A DNA stretch of 64,000 nt from Chamaesiphon sp. Lineage in GTDB: Bacteria; Cyanobacteriota; Cyanobacteriia; Cyanobacteriales; Chamaesiphonaceae. Of the stretch, positions 41,018 to 52,537 are shown piece by piece (within the stretch, counting starts at the first letter, position 1; every line of letters starts with the position of its first letter). The stretch lies in contig CBDFFH010000042.1 in assembly GCA_965246715.1 (NCBI GenBank), forward strand, positions 1 to 64,000. The letters run 5' to 3'. The notes beneath the pieces were generated by a model, which saw only the letters and a program-made list of their open reading frames with translations, had not been told where the DNA came from and did no database searches. The position numbers were made by a program, and so were the translations under genes.

Positions 41018-41163
41018 AACTATATGTGCTTGAATCAGCGATCGGTTATCGGTTAGTAGTTATCAGTTTTTGGTTAGTTGTCATCGGTTTCATTCTTGTG
41101 TTCCAATCGCAACTAACTAATAACTGTTCGCTGTTAACTTTTTTAATTTAGTTTTACAGCTTA

Positions 41164-41658
41164 TTATTTAGCTAATTCCGCACCCAATAATTTAGTCAGG
41201 ATCTGACGGCTGAGTTCTTCTACTTGTGGCTCTAGGGCTGTAAAAGCAGATTGTTTTTGCCGATCGATTTCCTGCTGGGCTTGCTCGCGTTGGACTTGAG
41301 CTGCTTGTTGAGTTTCAGCGATTTGTCCCGCAGCGATTTTTTGGGCTTCAGCTTTAGCTGTCGCAATTACTGCTTGAGCTGCCCGTCTAGTTTCGGCTAA
41401 TTCTCGCTCGTACTTTTTGGTGAGTTCTTCAGCTTCGGTAAGCTTAGCTTTTGCACCACCCAAACCGCCACGAATATACTCATCGCGCTCGTCTAATACT
41501 TTGCCGAGGGGCGTGTAAAACAGTTTGTTTAATACGGCAACCAAAACGACAAATTGAATTGCCATCAGTGGTAAGGTTGCATCAAAGTCAAACAGTTTAC
41601 CCTTTTCTGCTTCTTCTACTGCGGCTGTTGCCAACAATAGCGTCCATTGTGGGATCAT
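41164..41658 (-). CDS. atpF2: ATP synthase Fo subunit b' (cyanobacterial atpG)
   Basis: [15 protein letters not shown] motif; operon position. Confidence 0.95.
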   Translation of the reverse strand: MIPQWTLLLATAAVEEAEKGKLFDFDATLPLMAIQFVVLVAVLNKLFYTPLGKVLDERDEYIRGGLGGAKAKLTEAEELTKKYERELAETRRAAQAVIATAKAEAQKIAAGQIAETQQAAQVQREQAQQEIDRQKQSAFTALEPQVEELSRQILTKLLGAELAK

Positions 41659-41952
41659 GGTTTTCTAAATTCTGTGAAATTTTTAGGTCAGGAGGAAATC
41701 GGCAGCACAGAAGTCGGGATTAGGCAAGATTTGTGGATTTACTTCAGCGGTTTTAAGTCATCTGATTTAAACCGCCAGCTTTCCAAAAGGTTGCTTATCC
41801 CTGACGATCGCCAACTGACGTAAATTCAAACAAAGACTTAAGAATCAATAAAATACTTACGGATAAGTATTCATAATTCATAATTCATAATTCATAATTT
41901 CGCGTAGCGATTTCCTACTGTCCGTTCCACTCCATCGAGTTGACTGTAAGGA

Positions 41953-42210
<258 letters not shown>

Positions 42211-42328
42211 TTAAAAAAATGATTGAGAGAATATTAGTTGAGAATATCAGTTCGCAGCTACCAATTACTAGCTACTATTTACCACCTAAATGGCACTAGT
42301 CACTAGCCACTAGCCACTAGCCACTGAT

Positions 42329-43081
42329 TTAGTGTTCTTCTTCGTGTTCGCCGTGTCCTTCGATCGCTTCACCGATATAGACAGCAGCTAGAGTAGCAAA
42401 TACCAATGCTTGGATCGCGCTAGTAAATAACCCTAATAGCATAACTGGCATCGGGATGATAAACGGAACTAGTAATACTAGTACGCCGACCACTAATTCA
42501 TCCGCAAGGATGTTCCCGAATAAACGGAAACTTAGGGACAACGGTTTAGTGAAGTCTTCGAGGATATTAATCGGTAAGAGGATTGGGGTCGGTTGGATGT
42601 ATTTAGCCAGGTAGCCCAAACCGCGTTTGCGAAAACCTGCATAGAAATAAGCCAAGGACGTGAGCAATGCCAATGCTACCGTAGTGTTGATGTCGTTCGT
42701 TGGGGCAGCTAACTCACCTGACGGGAGGTGAATTAATTTCCACGGGAGTAATGCTCCAGACCAATTGGATACAAAGATGAATAAAAATAGGGTGCCAATA
42801 AATGGAACCCAAGGACGATATTCCTTTTCGCCAATTTGGTTTTTGGTTAAGTCTCGGATGTATTCCAAGGCATATTCCATCAGGTTTTGAACCCCGTTGG
42901 GAATACGTTGAATATTCCGCGTTGCGGCAATCGATGCGATCAGCAACAACCCGATGACAAACCAAGAAGTAAGGAACACCTGACCGTGGAGTCGGAAGTT
43001 ACCTAGCTGCCAATATAAGTGATGACCGACATCCAATGCCGCTAAGGGCAGTGAATTTATGATGTTTAAACCATCTAACAT
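42329..43081 (-). CDS. atpB: ATP synthase Fo subunit a (cyanobacterial atpI)
   Basis: [34 protein letters not shown]. Confidence 0.98.
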   Translation of the reverse strand: MLDGLNIINSLPLAALDVGHHLYWQLGNFRLHGQVFLTSWFVIGLLLIASIAATRNIQRIPNGVQNLMEYALEYIRDLTKNQIGEKEYRPWVPFIGTLFLFIFVSNWSGALLPWKLIHLPSGELAAPTNDINTTVALALLTSLAYFYAGFRKRGLGYLAKYIQPTPILLPINILEDFTKPLSLSFRLFGNILADELVVGVLVLLVPFIIPMPVMLLGLFTSAIQALVFATLAAVYIGEAIEGHGEHEEEH

Positions 43082-43146
43082 GTGGATCTAGGATTGTCTT
43101 GCGATCTTTGAGCAAAGTTGCATTGCTGCGATTGGTGGTCGATACT

Positions 43147-43599
43147 TTAGCTTGCTTTATTTTCAAGCCAGATCGTCCGTAAAAGATAGACCAAAAGTGC
43201 CGCTTTGTAGGTGAGAAAACCCAAAAAGACTGGCAGAATTTGTAGTTCGTGCCATTTAGCTGCTACCAGCATCAAGCCTACGAATAGGGCAAGACGATTG
43301 GGACTCAACTTTGTGGAATCATTACCGATCTTGTCTACGTCTTTTGCAAGCAGTCTCAAGTACACTACTCCTGCGATGGCTCCCAAGAGGTAATTGAAGG
43401 CGACCCTCAATTCATAGACTAGTGCTACAGTGACAAATGCCACGGTAGTAATTGCTAGAGTAATCAGATACAACTCACGTTTGAGTTGTTGATACTCACC
43501 CATCGAGTCCTCTGACGATCGAGTTACACTAGATTCCGCTGGTGTAGTTTTCTCATCAACTGTTTGTGGCAGTTGAGGTGTTTCGTCGGTAGAGTTCAC
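43147..43599 (-). CDS. atpI: ATP synthase protein I (Atp1)
   Basis: First gene of the atp operon (GTG start); SMGEYQQLK, YLRLLAKDV, GFLTYKAA. Confidence 0.9.
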   Translation of the reverse strand: MNSTDETPQLPQTVDEKTTPAESSVTRSSEDSMGEYQQLKRELYLITLAITTVAFVTVALVYELRVAFNYLLGAIAGVVYLRLLAKDVDKIGNDSTKLSPNRLALFVGLMLVAAKWHELQILPVFLGFLTYKAALLVYLLRTIWLENKAS

Positions 43600-43800
43600 A
43601 GTAGTTTGGTGTTGTTTGAGCCTGACAGACCACCATCGATTGTATCACCGAGCGGCAACAATACTTAAAATAAATTTATCATGGGGATCGGTATTCGACA
43701 CGTAACCGTCAACCCGTAGAGTTCGAGCAAAGTCTGACGGAGCCGACCCTCATAATTCATAAGTTCATCACTCATAATTCATCATTCATAATTTTTTAAG

Positions 43801-45177
43801 ATGTCGATCGCGATCGCTGGAGAACGAAGCGGGGTGGGTAAAACCACCGTCACATTAGCTATACTCGCTACCCTACGACGCAGACAGCAAACGGTGCAGT
43901 CGTTTAAAGTCGGGCCAGACTATATCGATCCGATGTTTCACTCTTATGTGACTGGGCGAGCCTGTCGCAATCTCGACTCGATTTTGACCTCTAATGACTA
44001 TGTGCGGGGATGTTTCGATAAACATAGTCAAACTGCTGCTTACTCGCTAATTGAAGGGGTAATGGGGCTATTCGATGGTGCATCGGGGGCGACAGATGCC
44101 GGGAGTACGGCACAGATCGCCAAACTGCTGAATGTTCCTGTAGTCTTGATTCTCAATTGTAGTAGCACGTCTCGATCGATCGCGGCGATCGCTCATGGCT
44201 ATCGCACCTTCGATCCGCAGGTGCAGCTCGCGGGAGTCATTCTCAACCAGGTGGGCAGCGATCGACACCTCGAATTGCTCACTGCTGCCCTCATACCGCT
44301 CCATCTACCCATCTTGGGAGTATTGAGACGGCAACCCGATCTGCGCATCCCCGATCGCCATTTAGGGCTAATTCCAGCGGGAGAGTTGACCGATCTCAAT
44401 GCCACACTCGATCGACTGGCAGATGTGGGCGAGCGCTGTTTTGATTGGGAGAAGTTATTACCATTACTAGCCACAACAGCTCGAATAGGTAGCGCAGAGT
44501 CCAAGGATCCCGATCGGGGACATCCCTATAAGTCAAAAATTAGATTAGCCGTGGCTAAGGATGCCGCATTTAATTTTTATTATGCAGATAATTTAGATCT
44601 ACTTCGTGACTTAGGTGCCGAGCTAATCGAGTGGAGTCCGTTGTCCGATGAAAAATTACCCACAGGCATTCATGGCTTGTATTTTGGTGGTGGATTTCCC
44701 GAAGTTTTTGGCGAAACATTAGCAGCGAATCAACCAGTCAGGCAAGCTGTCAGAGCGGCGATCGAGGCGGGAATGCCGACTTATGCTGAGTGTGGTGGCT
44801 TGATGTATTTGTGCGATCGAATTGTAGATTTTGACGAGCGATCTCATCCAATGGTGGGGATATTTCCAACGACAGCAGTGATGGGTAAACGTTTGACGCT
44901 AGGTTATCGGCAACTGACGACATTAACTGATACTTTGCTACTAAATGCTGGCGATCGGATTTGGGGGCATGAATTTCATCGATCGACACTTACCGACTCT
45001 TCACCTCAACCTTTATTCTCTCTAAAAGGCTATGAATCAAATCTTACATTCATCCCTGAAGGTTGGCACAGCTACCAAGTACAGGCTGCATACACCCATC
45101 TCCATTTTGGGTCGAAACCCGCTCTTTCACAAAAATTTATCGCTCGTTGCCATGAATTTATGAAAGCAATTTTTTAA
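43801..45177 (+). CDS. cobB: Cobyrinate a,c-diamide synthase
   Basis: SGVGKTT, FKVGPDYIDP, EGVMGLFDG, YAECGGLMYL, GHEFH. Confidence 0.95.
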   Translation: MSIAIAGERSGVGKTTVTLAILATLRRRQQTVQSFKVGPDYIDPMFHSYVTGRACRNLDSILTSNDYVRGCFDKHSQTAAYSLIEGVMGLFDGASGATDAGSTAQIAKLLNVPVVLILNCSSTSRSIAAIAHGYRTFDPQVQLAGVILNQVGSDRHLELLTAALIPLHLPILGVLRRQPDLRIPDRHLGLIPAGELTDLNATLDRLADVGERCFDWEKLLPLLATTARIGSAESKDPDRGHPYKSKIRLAVAKDAAFNFYYADNLDLLRDLGAELIEWSPLSDEKLPTGIHGLYFGGGFPEVFGETLAANQPVRQAVRAAIEAGMPTYAECGGLMYLCDRIVDFDERSHPMVGIFPTTAVMGKRLTLGYRQLTTLTDTLLLNAGDRIWGHEFHRSTLTDSSPQPLFSLKGYESNLTFIPEGWHSYQVQAAYTHLHFGSKPALSQKFIARCHEFMKAIF

Positions 45178-45385
45178 TTGTTTTTTTATGCGTCTTAATG
45201 CAGTCTCAGCAACTATTTCAGCCGGATCGAATAGTTTGAAATAAGCAGATAAATCCGTTGCAAACTCAGTTTTGTATTATCTGTATTTTACAATTACATA
45301 ATTTTCAGTGTTAGGATGGGGGAACGTTAAGTATCGTTATTTGACGTAAATGTTCGGTAAAACATCTACAAATTAACAACTTTTC

Positions 45386-45922
45386 ATGAACAAACTAATT
45401 CAGCGCATTGCTTTAGTATCGGTAGTATTCGCACCCTTAAGTTCGATCGCCTTGGCTAATTCGGCAGTCGCACACCATACTGCTGCTCACACTGCTACTG
45501 TGGCTATCGAAACATCGATGGCTCAAACAACTAAGAAAACCAAGAAGCCAAGTGCTTCTACTAAAAAGTCTACTACTGGCTCGATGAAGAAAAAGTCTAC
45601 TGGGACTAGCGCTCAAACAGGGACAACCACCACTCCAGACGGTACCTCTGGCGGATCCATGGGTGGTACTTCTGGTGGTTCCACTGGTGGTACTTCTGGT
45701 GGTTCCACTGGCGGTTCCACTGGGGGCACGAGTTTACCTGGTAGCAAAAATCAAGTGCCTGGCTCTGGCACTAGCAAAACTGGCAGCCCTAATACTACAC
45801 CTGGTTCCGCACCGAATGCAGATCCGGGAACATCGCCCGCGACGAATACCTTACCGGGCAGTGACACCGTTGTTCCTGGGAGCAGTTCGCCAACTACTAC
45901 ACCAGGTGGTTCGACAAAATAG
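45386..45922 (+). CDS. Secreted low-complexity Gly/Ser/Thr/Pro-rich protein
   Basis: Signal peptide (…NSAVA), Lys-rich segment, GGTS/GGST repeats (24-nt tandem unit at 45662-45709). Confidence 0.75.
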   Translation: MNKLIQRIALVSVVFAPLSSIALANSAVAHHTAAHTATVAIETSMAQTTKKTKKPSASTKKSTTGSMKKKSTGTSAQTGTTTTPDGTSGGSMGGTSGGSTGGTSGGSTGGSTGGTSLPGSKNQVPGSGTSKTGSPNTTPGSAPNADPGTSPATNTLPGSDTVVPGSSSPTTTPGGSTK

Positions 45923-46191
45923 AAACGATGCTGCAATTAGCAGCATTCCGTTCTACTTTATTCATTTTCGATTAATCTTTTTAGTGTCGCAGTCAAGCTG
46001 GCTGGGGCATTTTTTAACGTAGTTCGAAGAAAGCGATCGATTTGTATAGATATATACTTGAAGCCACGCAAGATTATTCAGCAACAACAGCACTCCCTCG
46101 CTCGTAAAATGATAATATTTGTTATCGATCGACAGTATTTATCACCATGCTAATAATAATTAGAATGTATGAAAATACAATTTGATGGGAG

Positions 46192-47064
46192 ATGTATATA
46201 ACAATGACAGACAATAGTGTTTCGATCGATATCGATCCCAACCAAGTTAAAAATTATAACCATCAAGGGATAAATAGACACTCAGATGGAGATCTCACAG
46301 GGGCGATCGCAGAATACGACCGCGCGATCGAGTTGAATCCCGACTATGCTAAAGCTTATAACAATCGCGGCTTGGCCAAAGGACAATTAGGAGATTTTGC
46401 CGGTGCGATCGCTGATTACAATCGTGCGATTAATCTCGATAACAATTATGCCAAGGCTTATTATAATCGGGGTCGTGCTCGCGTAGAGACTGGTAAAATT
46501 GCCTCAGCGATCGCTGATTATAGTTGGGCGATTAAACATGCGCCTAATTATGCCAAGGTTTATTATTATCGAGGTTTAGCTAAGCTGGCTGCTAACGATA
46601 AACAAGAGGCAATTGTTGACTTCGATCGAGCGATTCTCCTGTGGAGAGGCTCCACCAAAGAACTCGATCCCAATTGTACTGAAGCATATTATCAAAGAGG
46701 CAACACAAAACACGATTTAGGCGATAATTCAGCGGCGATTGCTGACTACGATCGAACGCTCTCGATGACACCCTCACATATCAGAGCGATTTATAATCGC
46801 GGTAATATCAAATGTGAAATGGGTGATAATACAGGTGCGATCTCCGATTACGATCTCGCCATCGATCTCGATCCCAATTATGCCAAAGCTTACTATAATC
46901 GCGCTCTAAATAAAACTAAATTAAAAGATCGAGCAGGTGCGATTGCTGACTTCGATCGGGCAGCTACGTTGTTCCACCAACAGCACGATCTCGATAGTTA
47001 TCAAAAAGCGATTCACAAGCTAGACCGAGAATATAACATTCCCTATAACATCGAGTCAAAATAA
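46192..47064 (+). CDS. Tetratricopeptide repeat protein
   Basis: Repeated AYxNRG...GAIADY.RAI.L.P units. Confidence 0.92.
   Translation: MYITMTDNSVSIDIDPNQVKNYNHQGINRHSDGDLTGAIAEYDRAIELNPDYAKAYNNRGLAKGQLGDFAGAIADYNRAINLDNNYAKAYYNRGRARVETGKIASAIADYSWAIKHAPNYAKVYYYRGLAKLAANDKQEAIVDFDRAILLWRGSTKELDPNCTEAYYQRGNTKHDLGDNSAAIADYDRTLSMTPSHIRAIYNRGNIKCEMGDNTGAISDYDLAIDLDPNYAKAYYNRALNKTKLKDRAGAIADFDRAATLFHQQHDLDSYQKAIHKLDREYNIPYNIESK
46635..46658. repeat. 24-nt SDR5-like element inserted in frame in the TPR gene
   Basis: GCGAT|TCTCCTGTGGAGAGGCTCCACCAA adds LLWRGSTK inside the DRAI-ELDPN TPR motif. Confidence 0.75.
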
Positions 47065-47124
47065 TTAATATGTGAGTTTGGCGAGGGTTATCTCGATCGC
47101 ATTGAGAAAATTTACCTCTCTAAA

Positions 47125-47342
47125 TAACGTGAGTTCGGGATAAGGAAAATCGATCTGCTCCGTTCAAGCACCGCCCTGAACTATAAGTTCGGCGCTCATA
47201 GCTCTAGTTCTCTGAAGAGAACTACCAAATTTCTTAGTTCGTTTTAACGAACTTTTGCTATGAGCAACTAATTTATTTGAGGGCGGTTCAGAAACGAAGC
47301 TAGGAGTCATTAAGTGGACATCTCTAACCCGAACTCACGTTA
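47125..47342. mobile_element. MITE-like element with internal nested palindromes
   Basis: TIR TAACGTGAGTTCGGG / CCCGAACTCACGTTA; internal CCGCCCT..AGGGCGG, GCTCATAGC..GCTATGAGC, AGTTCTCT-GA-AGAGAACT, AGTTCGTT-TT-AACGAACT. Confidence 0.8.
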
Positions 47343-47359
47343 ATTAGCTAAAAATAGCT

Positions 47360-47397
47360 AAATAGAGCGATTGTAGGTTTCTACAATCGCTCTATTT
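47360..47397. terminator. Bidirectional terminator-like hairpin
   Basis: AAATAGAGCGATTGTAG-GTTT-CTACAATCGCTCTATTT between convergent genes. Confidence 0.7.
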
Positions 47398-47495
47398 GAT
47401 AGCACCGCTTCGGCCTGTAAAAAAGTTGATGATGGATCGATATTGTCAATACCAATATGTCCTACTCTGTCTTCGCATAAATTGAGTAGTTAAGA

Positions 47496-47804
47496 TTAAC
47501 GGACACTAGGATCTCGGTATGCAGGTGTGTCATCCCGACGAGTGGTGGTGTGGGTTTCCTCTTTGCGACGGCCCAAGAGTCCAAATAGACCGAGCAAACC
47601 AGTCAATCCCCACAGACCTGGATTGTAATTGTTGTTGTCGTAATTGGTTGTGGTGGTAGTGCCAGTGGTGCCAGTAGTACCAGTAGTGCCATTAGTGCCT
47701 GTACCGGACGTTTGAGCGGAAGCGGGCGAAGTCATTGGGATAACTAAAACGCTGGTAGCGAGGATGCCAGCACTGATGAATTTGATTAAAGATGATTTTT
47801 GCAT
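47496..47804 (-). CDS. WGxxGxxG-CTERM family small secreted/membrane protein
   Basis: Signal peptide ending ASA, TTG repeats, WGLTGLLGLFGLLGRRK. Confidence 0.85.
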   Translation of the reverse strand: MQKSSLIKFISAGILATSVLVIPMTSPASAQTSGTGTNGTTGTTGTTGTTTTTNYDNNNYNPGLWGLTGLLGLFGLLGRRKEETHTTTRRDDTPAYRDPSVR

Positions 47805-48278
47805 TGTTTTGAACTCCCGATCGTTACTAAGTGGTTGATTGTTTGCCGTTAGCGGTTAAAAAATGATGGCGACCGATTTAAATCGTCTAGTTGATTCCTT
47901 ATTAATTTAACCGAGCTAGCTTTTAAACAAATCTGTCTTAAGTACCATGTTTGAAAAACTTAGGTAGTCCTAAAGGTGTAAGGATAGAGGTCGCGAATGA
48001 TTCTTTATGAGGGTGTAAATTTCCGCTCGAGGCTGAAGAGTAGAACTTCAGACAATACCTTGCGGAAGTATACTTAAGGCTATTTCTAAGCCAGAATCGA
48101 ATCTATGTAGTTGGGGTTAAACCTCGAAACGCAACAGCAGCAAAGGAGCAAGTCATTGTCTTAAATTAATAATGACAATATCGAGCGCATAAAATAGATC
48201 GACTATATTCAAAAATTACTTCACAAGTAGTTTGATATACTCTGCCTACAAAAAGATTAGGTCTGTTTTAAAAACATC

Positions 48279-48749
48279 ATGTCTCAGCTTAGCGATGCTA
48301 CCCATGCAGATTACTTTAGGTATGGATTAGAGGCAGATTTACTAACTCCACGAGAGACAAGAGACTGGGCATTCGGACTGATATATTGTCTAGACAATCC
48401 ACCGATCGAGATTATTGAAGTCGCAATGAGTCGAAGTTTAGCGGACTTATTCACTCGTCTAAAACAAGTACCTGGCGAGCGGAATACTAAACTAGCTGGA
48501 ATGTGGCTGCTGGGACTCCTGAAATCGCGGCTCTCGTCCGAACCATTTACAGCCGATCGCATTGTCAAACAGGCAATCCAAGTAGCTCGATCGACAAACC
48601 AAGATGATGATGTGTACGATTGTTTGAATACTATTGACGATCGAATCTGTTTGGCAGATAGCGGCACTTACGGAAATCTTGACGCAATTATCAAAACACT
48701 TGGAGATGTTTTGGCTCGATACCCCGTTCCCTTCGAGCTTCCGAATTAA
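48279..48749 (+). CDS. Hypothetical protein (helical)
   Basis: 156-aa ATG-started ORF filling the gap before pdxA; no family recognised with certainty. Confidence 0.65.
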   Translation: MSQLSDATHADYFRYGLEADLLTPRETRDWAFGLIYCLDNPPIEIIEVAMSRSLADLFTRLKQVPGERNTKLAGMWLLGLLKSRLSSEPFTADRIVKQAIQVARSTNQDDDVYDCLNTIDDRICLADSGTYGNLDAIIKTLGDVLARYPVPFELPN

Positions 48750-48768
48750 CGAGGGATGACATAGATTA

Positions 48769-49821
48769 CTAGATCGATCTACCCCGCCTCAGACGACGCT
48801 CGGCTAATTCACTAGCTAGATGAATCGCCGCTATCATACTGCGCGGATCGGCGAGTCCTTTTCCAGCGATATCAAATGCCGTACCATGATCTGGCGAAGT
48901 TCGCACGAACGGCAATCCAATTGTCGTATTGATCGCTCGATCGAATGCCATCAACTTGACTGGAATCAAACCCTGATCGTGATAGAGCGCTAAATAAGCA
49001 TCCGCAGCTTGGGGATGGGGATGTGTTCCAAACCAGGCTTGTCCGGGTTTTACCCACATTGTATCCGGCGGTAAAAGTCCCAGTAACTTGTATTGTGGGT
49101 AAATTTCCCGCTCTTTCTTTAACCACTCATCCAACCAGTCCGCCTCTTCGCGTCCCAATTGTCCCCCCTCACCACTATGCGGATTCAATCCCGCGATCGC
49201 GATCGACCCCGATTCTATCCCAAAATCTGCCCGTAAACTCTCGATTAATAACCCTAGCTTGAGACTCAGAAGTGCAGGTGTCAGCGTTTGGGAAACTCGT
49301 ACTAAAGGAATATGTGTAGTTACCAACAATGCCCGTAATGTCCAACCAGTATGCGGGGAAACGCCGACAAACATCATTCCAAAGCGGTCTATGTTTGCCT
49401 TGAGCGCCAGTAATTCCGTCTGTCCAGGGAAAACATGGCCTGCTGCCAACCATGCCGATTTAGCGATGGGTGCAGTGACGATCGCCTGAAATTCTCCCGC
49501 TAATGTGCGATCGATCGCCAGATCTAAATATGCAAAACTTGCTGTGCCGCTAGCAGCATTGCCATTACCCATGATGATGCCCTTCTGAATCTCTGAAGAC
49601 AGTGGCACATCAATAATATTTAGGTCTTGGGGGTTGGCTAACTCGACTGTGGATGCCAACTGCTGCCGCAACTGTCGATAATTAGCATTTAATAAGTCTA
49701 GATTGCCGATTGCAGTCAGATTGTAGCCATCGACACTGCGATCGGCGAGTGCCTTAAGTACTACCTCGGTGCCGATTCCGGCTGGATCGCCCAATGTGAT
49801 GACTAGTCTGGATTTAATCAC
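48769..49821 (-). CDS. pdxA: 4-hydroxythreonine-4-phosphate dehydrogenase
   Basis: [43 protein letters not shown]. Confidence 0.96.
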   Translation of the reverse strand: MIKSRLVITLGDPAGIGTEVVLKALADRSVDGYNLTAIGNLDLLNANYRQLRQQLASTVELANPQDLNIIDVPLSSEIQKGIIMGNGNAASGTASFAYLDLAIDRTLAGEFQAIVTAPIAKSAWLAAGHVFPGQTELLALKANIDRFGMMFVGVSPHTGWTLRALLVTTHIPLVRVSQTLTPALLSLKLGLLIESLRADFGIESGSIAIAGLNPHSGEGGQLGREEADWLDEWLKKEREIYPQYKLLGLLPPDTMWVKPGQAWFGTHPHPQAADAYLALYHDQGLIPVKLMAFDRAINTTIGLPFVRTSPDHGTAFDIAGKGLADPRSMIAAIHLASELAERRLRRGRSI

Positions 49822-50058
49822 GAGTTGTTTTGGTATGCGGCGATGCTTTACTTCTGCAATCTAGCCTAAAATATAAAATACTTCCACCAACTTGCTAGGA
49901 ACAGAGCGTCAATCGAGCAGAGAGCGTCGTTACCCAAAATCGCGATCGAACAACCCATCCTTCTATCCCCTGTACCCTATAACTGTTACGATAAATTGGA
50001 CGATCCCCATGAGGGGATACATAACATCTGTCATTTAACAATCTAAGGAGTATTTCTA

Positions 50059-50160
50059 ATGGCTGGCGAAATTTTCAATGCCGCAATTTTGTCTTCAAGC
50101 TTAATTCTAGTGGGTTTGAGCCTGGGGTTCCTCTTCCTCAAGATTCAAGGCCCCGAATAG
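50059..50160 (+). CDS. petM: Cytochrome b6f subunit VII PetM
   Basis: My translation MAGEIFNAAILSSSLILVGLSLGFLFLKIQGPE*, with AAGGAG RBS upstream; below the ORF-track size cutoff. Confidence 0.92.
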   Translation: MAGEIFNAAILSSSLILVGLSLGFLFLKIQGPE

Positions 50161-50308
50161 GTCATCATCTCGATCGGGTGTCGGGTTTCGGGGCGGAGTT
50201 CGCCTCCAAACCCCAATCAGCCTTGTATGAATTTTTGTGAACAAACATGAGAGTTATCTGTTAATATTTTAAAACATAGCCTTAATAATTTTTAATTATT
50301 CTTTATAG

Positions 50309-51295
50309 ATGACACTATTGATTGTCGGTGCCACAGGTACCTTAGGTAGACAGATCGCACGACGTGCCTTGGATGAAGGCTATCAAGTCCGCTGTCTGGT
50401 TAGAAGTATGCGCAAAGCGGCTTTTCTCAAAGAATGGGGCGCGGAATTAGTCGTCGGGAATATCTGTAATCCTAGTACCCTGGCACCCGCACTAGAAGGC
50501 GTAACGACAGTGATCGACGCGGCTACGGCTAGAGCGACGGATTCGGCGAGCATCAAACGGATCGACTGGGATGGACAGGTGGCACTGATTCAGGCTGCTG
50601 TTGCAGCAAAAGTCGATCGATTTATCTTTTTCTCGATTCTCGGTGCGGAGAATTATCCCAACGTACCGTTGATGGAAATCAAGCGGTGTACCGAGCTATT
50701 TCTCACTCAATCCGGTCTCAATTATACGATCCTGCGTCCGGCTGGATTCCTGCAAGGATTGATCGGGCAATTTGCTATCCCGATATTAGAGGGACAACCC
50801 GTGTGGATGACAGGGGAGTCCTCGCCAATCGCCTATATGGATACTCAAGATGTAGCGAAGTTTGCCGTCAAAGCGATCTCGGTACCCGAAACTCACAATC
50901 GCACTTTTCCGATCGTGGGCAATCGTGCTTGGAGTGGAAAAGAAATCATTAGTTTTTGCGAGCGGCAGTCTGGTAAAGAGGCCAAAATTACCAACGTTCC
51001 AATCGGCATAATTAGGATTATGCGTCAAACATTACGCTTCTTTGAGTGGAGCTGGAATGCTGCCGATCGATTGGCTTTTACGGAGGTATTAGCTACTGGC
51101 AAACCCTTAGCAGCAGACATGGCTGAAGTATACCGTATTTTTGGAATCGACCCCCAGGAAATCGGTACTTTAGAAGCATATCTGCAGGAATACTTCAGTC
51201 GAATTATGCGTAAGCTTAAAGAATTGGACTACGAAAAAAACAAGCAGAGAGAGGCTCAAGCAGCCAAGCAGAAAAAGAAAAAAGTGATGTATTAA
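50309..51295 (+). CDS. ycf39: Ycf39-like atypical SDR/NmrA-family protein
   Basis: GATGTLGRQIARRALDEGYQVRCLVR, FLKEWGAEL, AYMDTQDVA. Confidence 0.88.
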   Translation: MTLLIVGATGTLGRQIARRALDEGYQVRCLVRSMRKAAFLKEWGAELVVGNICNPSTLAPALEGVTTVIDAATARATDSASIKRIDWDGQVALIQAAVAAKVDRFIFFSILGAENYPNVPLMEIKRCTELFLTQSGLNYTILRPAGFLQGLIGQFAIPILEGQPVWMTGESSPIAYMDTQDVAKFAVKAISVPETHNRTFPIVGNRAWSGKEIISFCERQSGKEAKITNVPIGIIRIMRQTLRFFEWSWNAADRLAFTEVLATGKPLAADMAEVYRIFGIDPQEIGTLEAYLQEYFSRIMRKLKELDYEKNKQREAQAAKQKKKKVMY

Positions 51296-51546
51296 TTCAT
51301 GTCAGTCGCGACGTAGAAACGCCTACGATTTCTACCTGCTGAAGCAACTTGGGTTGAATAAAGAACGCGCGCTACCGATTTGTGTGCAGCGCGATGCCAT
51401 CGAACGGCTACTCGATCGAGTAGCTGTAAACTTTGCGTGCTATGCAAATCGCAACAACTTGTTGCGATTAGTGACGATGGAGCGCGACTGATTATGCGAT
51501 AATAACCTCCAGGGATCGTCTGGAGATCGCAGACATCGCCAACCCA

Positions 51547-51578
51547 TCGATTCCGTGAAGCGGAGGCTCCGCCAACGG
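51547..51578. repeat. Small dispersed repeat inserted in a HIP1-type site (SDR5-like)
   Basis: TCGAT|TCCGTGAAGCGGAGGCTCCGCCAA|CGG. Confidence 0.65.
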
Positions 51579-51619
51579 CTAAACATCCGCACTCTAAAAT
51601 TTGAATTAGGACTGTATCC

Positions 51620-52537
51620 GTGCCAAAAGTAGGCATCATTTATAATGAGGGTAAACCTGTCGCTTGTCGGATCGCCCAAGAACTCGACGACAAGCTGACT
51701 GCCATGGGTTGGGAGGTTTGCCTCGCCGCAGCTAAAGGCGGAATCTTAGGTTTTTGTCAATCCGATCGACCGATCGATCGCCATCCGATCGACTCTTTGT
51801 GTCCGCCAGGATTCGACGCGAATATGCAGTTTGGGATCGTCCTGGGGGGCGATGGTACTGTTTTGGCGGCATTTCGACAAGTCGCACCATTGGGAATTCC
51901 CTTGCTGACGGTCAATACCGGACATATGGGCTTTTTAACCGAAACCTATATCAACCAACTGCCGGAAGCCATCGAAAGATCGATCGCTGGCGATTATCAG
52001 GTCGAAGATCGCGCAATGCTAACCATTCAAGTGCGCGAACGTCAGCACCTACTCTGGGAAGCTTTGTGTCTCAACGAAATGGTCATCCACCGCGAACCGC
52101 TCACTAGCATGTGTCACTTTGAAGTGACGGTAGGGCGACACGCACCTGTCGATATTGCCGCTGATGGGATCATTCTCTCTACACCAACAGGCTCCACTGC
52201 CTATTCGCTCAGTGCTGGCGGCCCTGTGGTCGCACCTGGAGTGGATGCACTCCAACTAGTGCCGATCTGTCCTCATTCTCTTGCCTCTCGCGCCCTCGTC
52301 TTCTCTGATACCGAACCTGTGATCGTCCACTCTGCCAATCCCAATCGCTTGGTCATGGTCGTAGATGGAAATGGTGGCTGTTATATTCTCCCCGAATTTA
52401 GCGTGCATATCGAACGCTCTCCTTTTACTGCTAAATTCATCCGACTACAGCCTCCCGAATATTTCAAGGTGCTCCGCGAAAAGCTCGGCTGGGGACTACC
52501 GCATATTGCTAAACCGACATCGGTAGAGTTACCGTGA
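51620..52537 (+). CDS. nadK: NAD(+) kinase
   Basis: [37 protein letters not shown] (GTG start). Confidence 0.95.
   Translation: MPKVGIIYNEGKPVACRIAQELDDKLTAMGWEVCLAAAKGGILGFCQSDRPIDRHPIDSLCPPGFDANMQFGIVLGGDGTVLAAFRQVAPLGIPLLTVNTGHMGFLTETYINQLPEAIERSIAGDYQVEDRAMLTIQVRERQHLLWEALCLNEMVIHREPLTSMCHFEVTVGRHAPVDIAADGIILSTPTGSTAYSLSAGGPVVAPGVDALQLVPICPHSLASRALVFSDTEPVIVHSANPNRLVMVVDGNGGCYILPEFSVHIERSPFTAKFIRLQPPEYFKVLREKLGWGLPHIAKPTSVELP

Noticed and set aside
46044..46057. GTA-N8-TAC (NtcA-like) box; another at 51313-51326
   Set aside because: Short motif expected by chance; no properly spaced -10 element seen
51292..51679. Minus-strand ORFs between ycf39 and nadK
   Set aside because: No motifs; they overlap neighbouring genes and a repeat element
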